64,000 nt of DNA, taken from assembly GCF_001194135.2 (NCBI RefSeq), contig NC_068999.1, positions 1,218,250 to 1,282,249 of the forward strand, given 5' to 3'. The notes beneath the pieces are model-generated. The model saw only the letters and a program-made list of their open reading frames with translations. It had not been told where the DNA came from and made no database searches. Each line of letters opens with the position of its first letter. Within the stretch, counting starts at the first letter, position 1. Position numbers and translations under genes: made by a program. Below are positions 13,314 to 26,552 of the stretch, piece by piece. The DNA is from Octopus bimaculoides. Lineage: Eukaryota.

Positions 13314-13345
13314 ATATATATATATACAGAGAGAGAGAGAGAGAG
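13140..13345. repeat. (ATCT)n followed by long (CT)n ~13233-13308 and short (GA)n
   Basis: Directly visible. Confidence 0.95.
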
Positions 13346-13749
13346 ATACATATATATGTATATATACATATATATGCGTATATATAGATACATATATACA
13401 CACACACACATATGTATATATATATATATATATATATAAGTAAAATAAGACAAGGTAGTAAAAATGCTAAAATAATTTTACCATGAAGAACAATTTCTTA
13501 CCGGTTTCAGTCTTTCAGACTTTTAAAACTTTGAGTAAAGCATGATTAAATTGTGGAAAAACTAAATGAAATCTTTTTTGAAATATTTCCATGGTTTTCA
13601 AACACACGGGACATTTTCCTACTTTTATGTTTGTCTCTTGTTTTTACTCGTGTGAAGGCTTGATAGCAGGTAGTCACTAGTAACAGTCCTAAAAGAATAT
13701 TAAATATTTTCCTTATACATATCAACTCGTATGCTCTTTTCCAACCTTC

Positions 13750-13789
<40 letters not shown>

Positions 13790-14354
13790 AGGGTACAAGA
13801 TGGCACACAGCATTGCTAAAAATATTAGTCAACATGGCTCAAAAACCAAAGTTATTAATTATACACACTAGTGAATTCAAGGAAAAGAGTAAAGCCAACT
13901 TACCAAATACCGACTAAAAGTCGCAAATGATTTTTAATGTATAATTGATAACTGTGGGTTTTTTTTGTTTTTTTTCTCAAAAGTTACCGGACGTGAACGA
14001 CACCCCAACCCGCAAAATAAAAAAAAACCCTCTGCATCGCAGTATGAGACACCAAGATCGAACGCCTTGTAATTAATCACGTAGTGTATATGAATGTTAT
14101 ATTACCATTGCAAGTTGAAGGTAATCCTCTCGTTGTTTGTACAGTCATGCTACATTAACCAAATGACAGAGATCCTATCAGTGGCTTCAGCTGCTACTAG
14201 TATCTACAAAAATCTCTATTTTTCTTCTCTTTTTTTTACACTCATGCGGTGAACTAAAACTGGTGTTAGCTCTAAGCCTGCTGAAAATAGTGTATACGCT
14301 TTGTAACCACAAATTAACTGTTATCTGAGCGTTCAAACGCTGCTAGAAATATCT

Positions 14355-14500
14355 AAGAAGTTCGCTTCTCAACTGTGTGCTTCTGGCTTCAGTTTCACTA
14401 CGTGATACATTCGGCAAATGGCTTTCTCTACAGCCGTGAGCCGACTGAGGTCCCGTTAAAGAATTTCGGAGACACGGACTGTATGGAAGCTGTCAGATGT
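14355..14500 (+). mobile_element. Diverged tRNA-derived SINE (second family)
   Basis: AAGAAGTTCGCTTCTCAAC...CTGGCTTCAGTTTCACTACGTG...GGCAAATGGCTTTCTCTACAGCC...ACGGACTGTATGGAAGC is collinear with the reverse complement of 51570-51717. Confidence 0.55.
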
Positions 14501-15444
14501 ATTTATATGTATGTTGTGTGTGTGTGTGTTCATAGAACATAATTAAGATATCACGCATTGGGATTGAACCTGGTACTTTATTTCTGCTAAGAGTATTCCT
14601 CAACCACGTGACCATATCTACGGCGCCAATTCAATTAACGTGCATCTTGATGGATATCTTTGAAAATACTTGCAACTGCAATTCCAATTTTCAATATTCT
14701 TGAATGTTGCTTTTAGATTAGTTAATTAGAGATCTAGTTAACTAAAGATTACAACTCATTAATTTCTCGGCTATTATTTTAGAAGGGAATCAGCTAGCTT
14801 AAATGTTAATTATGCATGTGTGTGTATGTGTGTGTTCGTGTGTGCATGCGTGTGCATGTATCTATGCATGTCTGAGATTATGCGTATGTATGTATGTTAT
14901 TTCTGTACATAAGTGTATGTATGCATGTCTTTGTGTACATATGTGTACGTATGCATAGCCTTATATGCTTGTATATAAGTGCCGTGAATGTGCATTTTGT
15001 GCTCAAATGTGTCTTCATATACATGTGTCTGAGTATACTTATGTGTATGTGTATCTGTGTCTGTATCGGATATGTGTATGTGCGTATGCGTATGTGCATG
15101 TAGGCGTAAGGTATTGTGTATACCTGCGTATCTATGAGTTCCTGTATGCGTGTATATGCACAGGTATACGTATGAAAAATAATCATTATACTTATATTAA
15201 AAAATAAAAAATATTTTCTTCTCTTCCTGGAAGCGTCTTTCTATGGCGGACGAATTATTCTGCATCTGACGCATGTTACGTTGGCAGGATTTACCAATAA
15301 TTGCATTCCCATATAGGTTAAATAGCGAATATCATCAAAAAGATGTCATCCCTATTACAATAAGTCTTGATGGAGTACACCTCTGATCAAAGTCATTCAA
15401 ATTATGACCATCCGGCCTTTATAGCGATTTATGGATCTCCTCTG

Positions 15445-15555
15445 TAGTGGTGAGATGGTAGTGTCGTGGATAGTGCGTCAGATATAATGTAACGTTATAT
15501 ATTTCCCGGCTCCGAAGTCCCATATTTCAGATCAACCTCTACTTTCTTACTTCAG
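15445..15555 (+). mobile_element. Highly degraded SINE 5' part
   Basis: GTGGTGAGATGGTAGTGTCGT...CAGATCAACCTCTACTTTC weakly follows the 39080 copy. Confidence 0.35.
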
Positions 15556-15739
15556 AAGTTGATAATCACCCGCACACTTCTCCACTCTCTTTTTCTGCCT
15601 TTCCCTTGCTATAGTCTCTGCGAATGTCAGTAAACTGTTGCCAGCCTTTGTAAAATATTATACATAAAATTTATAATTTCCAGTTCTTTCATAATTGTTT
15701 CGGTAAGAGAGAAGTGGTTTAGCAGAATCAATGGCTTCT

Positions 15740-15850
15740 CAGAAACATACCTTGTTAAATTCCATTTACCTTTCTGAGAACACTTCCATTCTTTCGGGGG
15801 TTGATACAAAGAAGTACCGGTGATATACTGAGGATAACAGTAACATCTAG
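15740..15850 (-). mobile_element. Degraded SINE fragment
   Basis: Minus strand CCGGTACTTCTTTGTATCAACCCCCGAAAGAATGGAAG resembles the GGTACTT...ATCGA..CCGAAA segment of other copies. Confidence 0.4.
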
Positions 15851-15924
15851 TAACTTCCCTTTGAAAACTTTGGCATCGTGGCTTATAGAGGAACATTTCT
15901 AGCTTTGGCAAGTAAGTTAAAATC

Positions 15925-15962
15925 AATACTTCGCTGATGAGGTCCGAATAATGTAGAGTATT
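15925..15962 (+). ncRNA. Degenerate minimal type I hammerhead ribozyme-like motif
   Basis: AATACT-TCG-CTGATGA-G-GTC-C-GAA-TAATGTA-G-AGTATT: exact CUGAUGA core, G10.1-C11.1 pair, GUA triplet and AATACT/AGTATT helix I; A15.1 is missing. Confidence 0.4.
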
Positions 15963-16304
15963 AGTCAGAGTTGTTCACCTTACGAGAAATAATGAAAATA
16001 GATTTTAGTATTGATATTCAAGGTTTTTGCTTTTATTTCCCAATGTGAATATTTCTCTTAAACATTTATAATTCCTAAATATCTGTTTAGAAAATTTTCA
16101 ATTGTTTTTAAACCAAGATTACCTGACTATCCACATTTATTCAAGATGACCAATCGATAATTCAACTGATTGAGTGCGTAGCGAAATTTATGAATGAGCG
16201 TAGTATTCCGTTTCATTTCGTAGTTTTGATGACTTTACGAACCCAGCGACAGATCGATTTCGTAAAGAAATAACATACACATTCACACACACACATACAT
16301 TTAC

Positions 16305-16344
<40 letters not shown>

Positions 16345-16934
16345 NNNNNNNNNNNNNNNNNNNNNNNNNNNNNNNNNNNNNNNNNNNNNNNNNNNNNNNN
16401 NNNNNNNNNNNNNNNNNNNNNNNNNNNNNNNNNNNNNNNNNNNNTATATATATACATATATGTATGTATATATATATATATATATATATACATATGCGAG
16501 CGCGCGCGTAAGTGTAGAGGCATTTATTTCTTTGAAGCAGTCGAAAACTAGACTCGGTAGCATTTTCTGGTTTTGACGTTCCTTACAATTAAATTATGTA
16601 ACACAATAGAGAGAGAGGGGGGAACCTGGAAGAGAAGAAGAAAACGAAGAAGTGGAGGAGACGGAAAGAGAGGTGTCTGATGAAGGACGAGATTCTGGCA
16701 GCCGTTGTTCGATTATCGATATGAAGGTAAACGGTCTTTCAATTTGAGACTTATCATTGGTTCACCGCCATTTTCTGCACACTTCTGTTGTTGATACATA
16801 AACACACGCACACACGTGTGTGGGTATAAATGTACGTATATAAAGCTACATATATATGAAAAGATAAAAGATCCTTATTGAGGGATATAGACTCATGGGC
16901 TGATTTCCCTGCAACTGTGGAGGGATATAAAGCT

Positions 16935-17111
16935 CAATGCGTGCGATGTTGGTCCGTCGCAGGGTTAACCCATGTTTTGTCAACTGATTGGACTGGAGCT
17001 AAGTGAAATGAAGTATCTTGCTCAAGAACACAACGCGTAACCCGGTCCAGGAATCGAAGCCACAATTTTACGATCATCACTCTACAACTCTGACCACTAA
17101 ACCTCACGCCT

Positions 17112-17112
<1 letters not shown>
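16935..17112 (-). mobile_element. tRNA-derived SINE with CORE-like central segment
   Basis: Minus strand: A-box-like GGTTTAGTGG, B-box-like GGCTTCGATTCC, then GCGTTGTGTTCTTGAGCAAGATACTTCATTTCAC. Confidence 0.8.
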
Positions 17113-17157
<45 letters not shown>

Positions 17158-19732
17158 NNNNNNNNNNTATATATATATATATATATACGGTGGGGGTAGT
17201 AATGTATGATATCTGCTTCAAAGTCACGCAGCTTACTATGGATTTTTGTTTGGTGATGTAGTGGTATTTCTGTGTGCTTGCATATGTGAATATCTATTTC
17301 TTTGTATATGTGTTTGTTTGTGTGTGTGTGTGTGTGTATTTGCATGTGGGTGTGTGGGTGTTTGTGTGTTTGTGTTTGCGTCTCTACTGCGTTCAACGCC
17401 CTGCGTGCAAGTCGAACAAGTAAAATTCTTATACTGCATATTTGGTTATTTGCTTTTTTTTCTTTATTTTGTTATTTCTTTTGTTTGTTTTCGTTTTCTT
17501 CTTTCTCCCCCTCCCCCACCTACCTCTTTCTCCATATTACCGCCATTTTGTTTGCTTCCAGGAGATCATGTAAACAGACCCAGGTTTCCTCGGTGTATTA
17601 CATTGAAACATTGTTAGTGACTATTAAAAACCGGTTCGTTCTTTCTTCATGTACATTCGTGTTCATTATTCAGTTATTTATTTATTTGTTTATTTCATTT
17701 ATTTGTTCCCTGGTTTATGTTTAGTTCCAGTGGAAGAAGAAGAGATGTCAACTTGACCTTATTGTCTGCTGAGGCAGAGAAAATAAACCAAAAGAAAAAG
17801 AGAAAATAGAATTTGCTTCTTTCCTTAGCAATTCTAACCGGTTTTCTTTCAGTTTGCTTGTACCTGAATGTTTGTTTGCAGTTTTGCTATATACGTTGCC
17901 TTAAGAAACTGCTGCTGCTTCTACCGCCTCTGCTGCTGCTGCTGCTGTTTTTGTTGTTGTAGTTGTTCTTTTGTGTTTGTGAGCGTTTCTTGTTAGTTTT
18001 CTCTTTTATATCACCGATACACGCAAACCTATTTAAACTTGTTATTATTCGGAATATAATTGCCAGTACGAAGTTCGGTTAGCTGAATTAGAAAGGTGCC
18101 TACCAAAATAAACAACCTATTTCATCCATTAAATTAATCACACCATTATATTTCATCACGTTAATTATATAATTTCTAACTTTAATTTTCACAGTTTCTT
18201 CCCCTGTCTCTAATAACACGAAATATTATTTGTACTTTTTATCTTCTTCTCTACGAATATAATTTTCTTTCGTAAAAATATTAACTCACTATATTACATG
18301 TGATACTACACAATTAAAGACTTGTTTTTCGTGTGGATGCGTAAAATTTACTCCAATCATCATTTTAACTGGCCGGGCCTTCAAGCTATCTATCTCTCAC
18401 TACTTTATGAACAACCACAAACTATCGATGGATTAACCCTTCTGGAAGACGTATAATATCGTCCATCTATATCCGCAGTTTTCACCGATTATTATCAAAG
18501 GTTATACCTCCTCTTGATGGTATTTCCTCCAAGAATACATGTAAATAAGATTGCACTAAATCTTGCCTCCCATTCGCTATCATTTTTATATAATGCGAGG
18601 CAACGATGGTGTCTATACACAGTTATTCGATCTACAGAACATAGGAAACTGTATTAAGTAAAGATAGGATACATTGTGCAGGGCATTCTCGGTACTGCAA
18701 AAGGACTGAAATGGACAAGTGCTTCAGCTTACAGATCAGGTACTCTGTCACCATTTACTATACGTCGAGTACGTGGCACGATCGCTGAGGTCTTGCATAG
18801 ATATATATTTGTGAAGATGGCACACAGTTGGTAACAAATTCAGTTCTTAACCACAGAGCTCTGCCTTTCCTTTAACGGGTACATAAAGAGGGAAATATTT
18901 TAATTTGAAAATCACCAGCAACGGCAGTGAGAACTCTCAAATCAATGACTGCTTTAAATTGGAATTTATTGATTTCGATCTGAAGTGTAGGAAACAGCTA
19001 TTCTCATCTAAATATAAGAAATGTATTTTGTTACCAGGAAGCTTCAGCACACAGAAATATGAATCAAGCAATATTAAGAGTTTTGATTTACACAGCATGA
19101 CTATAATAATATTTTGCAATTACGGAAGACGTGTTAATATTCGTTTTCATGGCGGATTTTAAGCTTAACCTCATCCTTCATTTTCGTAGTCTGATTTCCC
19201 TTTTGCGTTCAATTTAGAAACAGCAATTTATTTATTTATTTATTCATTTATTTATTTATTCAATATGCTTAGATCGAATTCTAATAATCCATGAGGAAAT
19301 GCAAAGGATGCAGTCGCAATTCAGTTTTATATCAGAAGAGTTCAATCTAATATCATTAGTTATTACTGTTCGAATATAAATTAATAATTGATAAATGTGT
19401 GGTTTATATATATTTTTTTTATTTTTGGATTATGATTGATTTTTTGTGTTTGATTCTTAATTAATTGTTTTCTAAGATTGTTTATTGGTTTTGGTTTGCA
19501 AATTTTGAGAGAAATGAAATCGTGAGAAATAAATAAATAAATAAATAAAGTAATAAATTAAAAACGGAAACAAAATGGAGCCTATTACACTATAACAGCC
19601 CTCGCTAAACCGCGCTCTGTGTATTTTCGATTTAACACAATGAAAACCAATAAACATGGGATAAAATGATGAAAATACAACCACAAAGATAACAGCAGCA
19701 TTCTCAAGATGGTCCTCTTGCATTTAATATAT

Positions 19733-19733
19733 C

Positions 19734-19808
<75 letters not shown>

Positions 19809-19832
19809 GTCTGTCTATTTATCTATCTATCT
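19733..19832. repeat. (TATC)n microsatellite
   Basis: Directly visible. Confidence 0.95.
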
Positions 19833-20109
19833 ACATAATTATATGTATATATATATANNNNNNNNNNNNNNNNNNNNNNNNNNNNNNNNNNNNNNNNNNN
19901 NNNNNNNNNNNNNNNNNNNNNNNNNNNNNNNNNNNNNNNNNNNNNNNNNNNNNNNNNNNNNNNNNNNNNNNNNNNNNNNNNNNNNNNNNNNNNNNNNNNN
20001 NNNNNNNNNNNNNNNNNNNNNNNNNNNNNNNNNNNNNNNNNNNNNNNNNNNNNNNNNNNNNNNNNNNNNNNNNNNNNNNNNNNNNNNNNNNNNNNNNNNN
20101 NNNNNNTGT

Positions 20110-20159
<50 letters not shown>

Positions 20160-20280
20160 GTATGCGTGTGTATGCATACATATATACATACATGCATACA
20201 CAGAGTTACGCGAATATATATGTTGAAAGATAGATATTGATATAGACGTAGAGGCATACATAAATGCATACTCATATATG

Positions 20281-20337
20281 TATGTATGTACTATGTACGT
20301 ATGTATGTACTATGTACGTATGTATGTACTATGTACG
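20281..20337. repeat. 19-bp unit x3 (TATGTATGTACTATGTACG) within TATG-rich sequence
   Basis: Three perfect consecutive copies. Confidence 0.9.
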
Positions 20338-20929
20338 TATGTATGTACGTACGTATGTATGTATGTATTATGTACGTGTGTATGTATGCATGTATGTATG
20401 TATGTACGTATGTATGTGTGCATATATAGTTGTTTGTGTCCATGGCATAGCAGCGGTCCAGCCATTTTCAACACTAGAAATATTAGAATTTATTTTTTTA
20501 ATTCTCTCTAATAGGAAATAACGAAACAACTCCAAAACGATTACAGGAAACAAATTTTTAATCACATTTAATCTAAAATAATGTTCTTTTATTGTGTCTG
20601 CAGCTGTCTTTAATAATTCCTCGCAACGTTTCTCCAATGTAATCGAAGACAAAAAAGAAGCAATTCTTATAACGAATAGATGTGCGGAAAATATGTGGAG
20701 ATGAGTAGATTACCTGTGCGTTTTTTTTTTATTTTTGTTTTCTAATTTCATTTTATTGTTTCTTATCTTTCGATGATCTTTTATTGTTTGTTAGAAAAGC
20801 AAGGAATGTTAATTGACGATTGTTACATAACTCAAGGTGCTTGTGTTCAATTGGAAAAATTGAACATTTATATTACAGAACATGGAAAGAAAACACGATG
20901 AAAATATTTTAAATTCTTGTTAGTTTTAT

Positions 20930-21259
<330 letters not shown>

Positions 21260-22208
21260 CGTTATAATTATGAAGGTTATAGCATTTATGAAAATTCTTA
21301 TACATCATTATCATTGATAACATAATAATGATAATACTACGACTAATACTAATAATAATAAATTATCATTATTATCAGTATTATTATTATTACTAACGAA
21401 CTTTTGTTTTTTGAATAATTACAATTTTTATCTCCATTCTCGTCCTTATTAATATTTTCATATCCATCATCAACACTATCATCGTGTATATTATTGAAAG
21501 ATTCTCATTAGTGTTGGGATAGGTGTTACTATATTTGGGGTGGTTTTATCATCGTCATCATCATCATCATTATCGTCGTCGTCGTTGTCGTCATTATTAT
21601 AATTAAATACGAGAAATTATTATTATCATTATTGTCATCGTTATTATTATAATTGTTGTTGTTATTATTATTATTATTATTAATATTATTATTAATGATA
21701 TCATCATTCTTCTTATTATTATTATTACCGTATTGTTCTTTTAGCTATGCAATATACTAGCTGTTGTTTCTCTTTATTATTGTTGTTGTTGTCATTATGG
21801 GTATTAGTATTAGTAATGGCAGTAATATTAATAATAGTAATATTAATAATAGTATATTTCATTTAGTTTTCTGAAATTTCATTTCTAAATTTTATTAATT
21901 TTTAAAGTGTGAAATTACACCCAGCTGAGTGATATATTCGCATATTCATTTCAAATTTATTTATTGCTTAAGAAATAAATTACTTTTGCTGCCTTCCAAT
22001 TTCCACATAACTATAACCAAATATATATATGTGTGTGTGTTTATGTATATACACATATATATATATAATATATAAATACATATATATGTACATATATATA
22101 TATACATGCATATATATATATATATATATATNNNNNNNNNNNNNNNNNNNNNNNNNNNNNNNNNNNNAATATACATATATATACATATATACATATGTAT
22201 ATGGTGTA

Positions 22209-22259
<51 letters not shown>

Positions 22260-22971
22260 ATGTATGCATGTTTATGTACATATATATGCACACAAACATA
22301 TATATATATACATATATATATAATTATCTTACATTTGCCTATATCTACGTTTGCCTATATCACTTAATATGCTCGAATGCGTTTTATTCTCTAAAAGTGT
22401 TGTGTAAATATATAGTCATGTGTGTATGTCTATACACGTGCAACTGTGTACGTAGTAGTGTACTTTAGAGAGCCTCGTTTAATCCCTCATAGAACCACGG
22501 CCTGCATCTTAACATAAGTTATGTCACATTAAATCATGTAGTTCTGCCCTGCATATTATCTTACAATGTATACCCGCCCCTCTGCATTCATTCTTGATGC
22601 TTATAACAGCCGTCTTATGTCATTCGTATATTTCCTAGATACGTTTAGAAGAGGCATCTAATATATAAATGTTAGTGAAACAGTGCATCGTTGATGCCCT
22701 ATAAAAAAATCTGATGCATCACCGTCCAATCTACTATTAGTTTTCGTACCTCAGTGAGTACTAAGTAATTTTTCCCGTCAATCACCAAACTTAGAATCCC
22801 CACTTTATTTTATTTCGGAACACCAGATTATCTGCTGGCTTCTCTGGGATTGGTCCTACTGATGGAGTTCGAAAATTGATTAAGGTTGGACATCTGTTTT
22901 TTTAAAGACGAGACTGTGTCAACTATATTCATCTGATAAACTATTCCATGCACATTCACACACATTCGAAA

Positions 22972-23013
<42 letters not shown>

Positions 23014-23099
23014 GTGCGTTTTTCTTTTATGTGCAGTTATACTAAAAGAGAATTTGCTGAGTACAAATTTATTCTTAAATATATAGACAGATTGGGAAA

Positions 23100-23130
23100 A
23101 TATAGATAGAAATATAGATAGATAGATAGG

Positions 23131-23190
<60 letters not shown>
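23100..23190. repeat. (GATA)n microsatellite
   Basis: Directly visible. Confidence 0.95.
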
Positions 23191-23192
<2 letters not shown>

Positions 23193-23859
23193 CTTATGAA
23201 AGCAAGAGACAGACTACGAACAGAGTCACTTTGATATTTTGCATTTGTGCACAACCTTACATAAAGCATAGTAAATAGCCTAAATTGTTTATTTTGGGCC
23301 GATGGGAAAGAGAGATGCGCGAAACCCCTCAACCAGTGTCATGTGATTCTTTGATCAATATCACAATCTGACGAAAAGTCACAGTTGGCGCATAGTTACA
23401 TCTGTTGTTTTATTTGCTTAATTATTCAATTATTTCTTTATTCGTACACATCACCGAACGCCTAGGCTCTATATGATGTTTACGTTGAGTTATTTCTGCA
23501 TAATGAAGCGGCGCGAAACACCAGCAAAATACCACGAATGTCCAATGCACGCACACGCTTACGCGCGTGCGCCTAGCGTGGTGTGTTCGTTTGTGCTGTG
23601 AAATCATGCAATGAAAACAAAATACTTTTTTAATGGTATTTACCATCCGTTCGAGTTGATTTCCAAACTTTGCTTTTATGTTATGCATCTTTTCCCTTAC
23701 GTTACGAAATACGTTATGTGATTCATCTTAGTTGAACATGATCCGCATTGCGCACATTCTCTTTCGCACACGTATATACATACGATGTAACAATGATGAG
23801 GATGTTGATCAAGATGATGACTATGATGATGAGGATTTTTATGAAGATGATGAATATGA

Positions 23860-23871
23860 TGATGGAGATGG

Positions 23872-23944
<73 letters not shown>
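23860..23944. repeat. (GAT)n microsatellite
   Basis: Directly visible; poly-D/H/M ORFs. Confidence 0.95.
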
Positions 23945-23945
<1 letters not shown>

Positions 23946-24399
23946 TTTACGAATGTCAAAGATGATGATCATTGAATATTTTTGTCGTTTTATTTATTGA
24001 TTTATGCATTCATGTATACATTCATGCTATTGCTCTCACATATGTTTTTCATGTTTTTCTTCTAATTTCGCTTTCGTAATATTATCATAATTGGAAGAAT
24101 AGAACATACACACATATTTCCACAATCATACACATACACACACTCACACATATGTCCACACACACACACACACATATATATATACATACTCATTCAAATA
24201 TATTCATAAATATAAGGCAGACATCCAGATACCCATAGGAATATAGACACTGCCACAAGCCGAATCCCTTATACACTTCTCCAATATGGACGTTCTCTAA
24301 AAACACACATCTACACAGCATCCCTTAAATACATACCCTCAAATATAATATGTATATACATACACACACACATATATATATGCATACATATATGTAAAC

Positions 24400-24590
24400 C
24401 TATTTTATTTTCTCTCCCTGTTTATTTCTGTTTTCCTTTCTGCTGAAGAGCGTAGGCTCGAAACGTAAACGACTTTCTCACTTCCGGGCATTAAACTAAT
24501 ACATCTGTTTGTTGTTTACACACCCGTCTTCGTCTTTTGCTTCGCTTCTGTTTTTTTGTTTTTTTTTGTAAATTCCAACTATATATATAT
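24400..24590 (+). mobile_element. Penelope-like element terminal repeat fragment carrying a hammerhead-like core
   Basis: CTGAAGAG-CGTAGGCT-CGAAACGTA followed by T-rich sequence. The CUGANGA...GAAAC-palindrome layout is that of minimal hammerheads of Penelope-like elements; no ORF is visible. Confidence 0.45.
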
Positions 24591-26018
24591 ATATATATAT
24601 ATANNNNNNNNNNNNNNNNNNNNNNNNNNNNNNNNNNNNNNNNNNNNNNNNNNNNNNNNNNNNNNNNNNNNNNNNNNNNNNNNNNNNNNNNNNNNNNNNN
24701 NNNNNNNNNNNNNNNNNNNNNNNNNNNNNNNNNNNNNNNNNNNNNNNNNNNNNNNNNNNNNNNNNNNNNNNNNNNNNNNNNNNNNNNNNNNNNNNNNNNN
24801 NNNNNNNNNNNNNNNNNNNNNNNNNNNNNNNNNNNNNNNNNNNNNNNNNNNNNNNNNNNNNNNNNNNNNNNNNNNNNNNNNNNNNNNNNNNNNNNNNNNN
24901 NNNNNNNNNNNNNNNNNNNNNNNNNNNNNNNNNNNNNNNNNNNNNNNNNNNNNNNNNNNNNNNNNNNNNNNNNNNNNNNNNNNNNNNNNNNNNNNNNNNN
25001 NNNNNNNNNNNNNNNNNNNNNNNNNNNNNNNNNNNNNNNNNNNNNNNNNNNNNNNNNNNNNNNNNNNNNNNNNNNNNNNNNNNNNNNNNNNNNNNNNNNN
25101 NNNNNNNNNNNNNNNNNNNNNNNNNNNNNNNNNNNNNNNNNNNNNNNNNNNNNNNNNNNNNNNNNNNNNNNNNNNNNNNNNNNNNNNNNNNNNNNNNNNN
25201 NNNNNNNNNNNNNNNNNNNNNNNNNNNNNNNNNNNNNNNNNNNNNNNNNNNNNNNNNNNNNNNNNNNNNNNNNNNNNNNNNNNNNNNNNNNNNNNNNNNN
25301 NNNNNNNNNNNNNNNNNNNNNNNNNNNNNNNNNNNNNNNNNNNNNNNNNNNNNNNNNNNNNNNNNNNNNNNNNNNNNNNNNNNNNNNNNNNNNNNNNNNN
25401 NNNNNNNNNNNNNNNNNNNNNNNNNNNNNNNNNNNNNNNNNNNNNNNNNNNNNNNNNNNNNNNNNNNNNNNNNNNNNNNNNNNNNNNNNNNNNNNNNNNN
25501 NNNNNNNNNNNNNNNNNNNNNNNNNNNNNNNNNNNNNNNNNNNNNNNNNNNNNNNNNNNNNNNNNNNNNNNNNNNNNNNNNNNNNNNNNNNTATATAATT
25601 GTGGGAACTACGTAATTATCTATGTGCGTATATGTGAATGACTGCACGCGTGTATGTAAAAATATATGTATGTATATTTCTCATTAGCGTTACAAAATTA
25701 ACAACGTAGTTTTAGGCTAGAATACCATTTATTTTCCTGCTAAAAAGACACGTAGGTAATACAGTTTACTTATAATCTCTGAAATTACTATATTTTTGCT
25801 TACTCATGCAATGAAATGGTTGGCGAGTCGGTTCAAAGTGATGTTGAAAGGGAGAAAAAAAAGATAAGAAAATAAAGTAAGCAAACATAGATATATAGAA
25901 ATCAAACAGCGAATGGTATATTTTTAAGCATTTCTATTAATTTGGTTAAATTGGCATCTAAACAGAGGGATGTGTAATTTATTAGCTCGAGGATACGTCT
26001 CAAAATAAATTAGCCACG

Positions 26019-26049
<31 letters not shown>

Positions 26050-26491
26050 AACACACACATATATACATAAACACACACACACACACACACACATATACAT
26101 ATATATATATATGTATATGTGTATGCATATACACATATAAATATATATAGATGTATGTGTATTAATATATGTCTATGTATTTATATTTATATGTGGGAGA
26201 ATATACGAAAGTATATATGTTTATGTTTATACAAATTAGATATATGTATATTATACATATACGTATATACATGTATGTAAATATATCTATTTATCTATAT
26301 ATATATATATATACACATGTGTGTATATATATATAATATGCATAATATATGTGTATGTATATATATATATGTATGTATATATGCATGCATGTATGTATGT
26401 ATGTAAGTATGCATATACGCACGCACACATATAACAGTAATGGGAATAGAATACACTGCTAGTGTTGTGACAGGAAGAAAACTACCGATCC

Positions 26492-26552
<61 letters not shown>

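Noticed and set aside
16620-16725. Glu-rich open frame ending at AAG|GTAAAC as a coding exon
   Set aside because: Purine-rich low complexity, no upstream acceptor and no recognisable product.
22852-22886. Third hammerhead-like string (CTGATGGAGTTCGAAAATTGATTA)
   Set aside because: It needs an insertion in the catalytic core and has no proper helix I.
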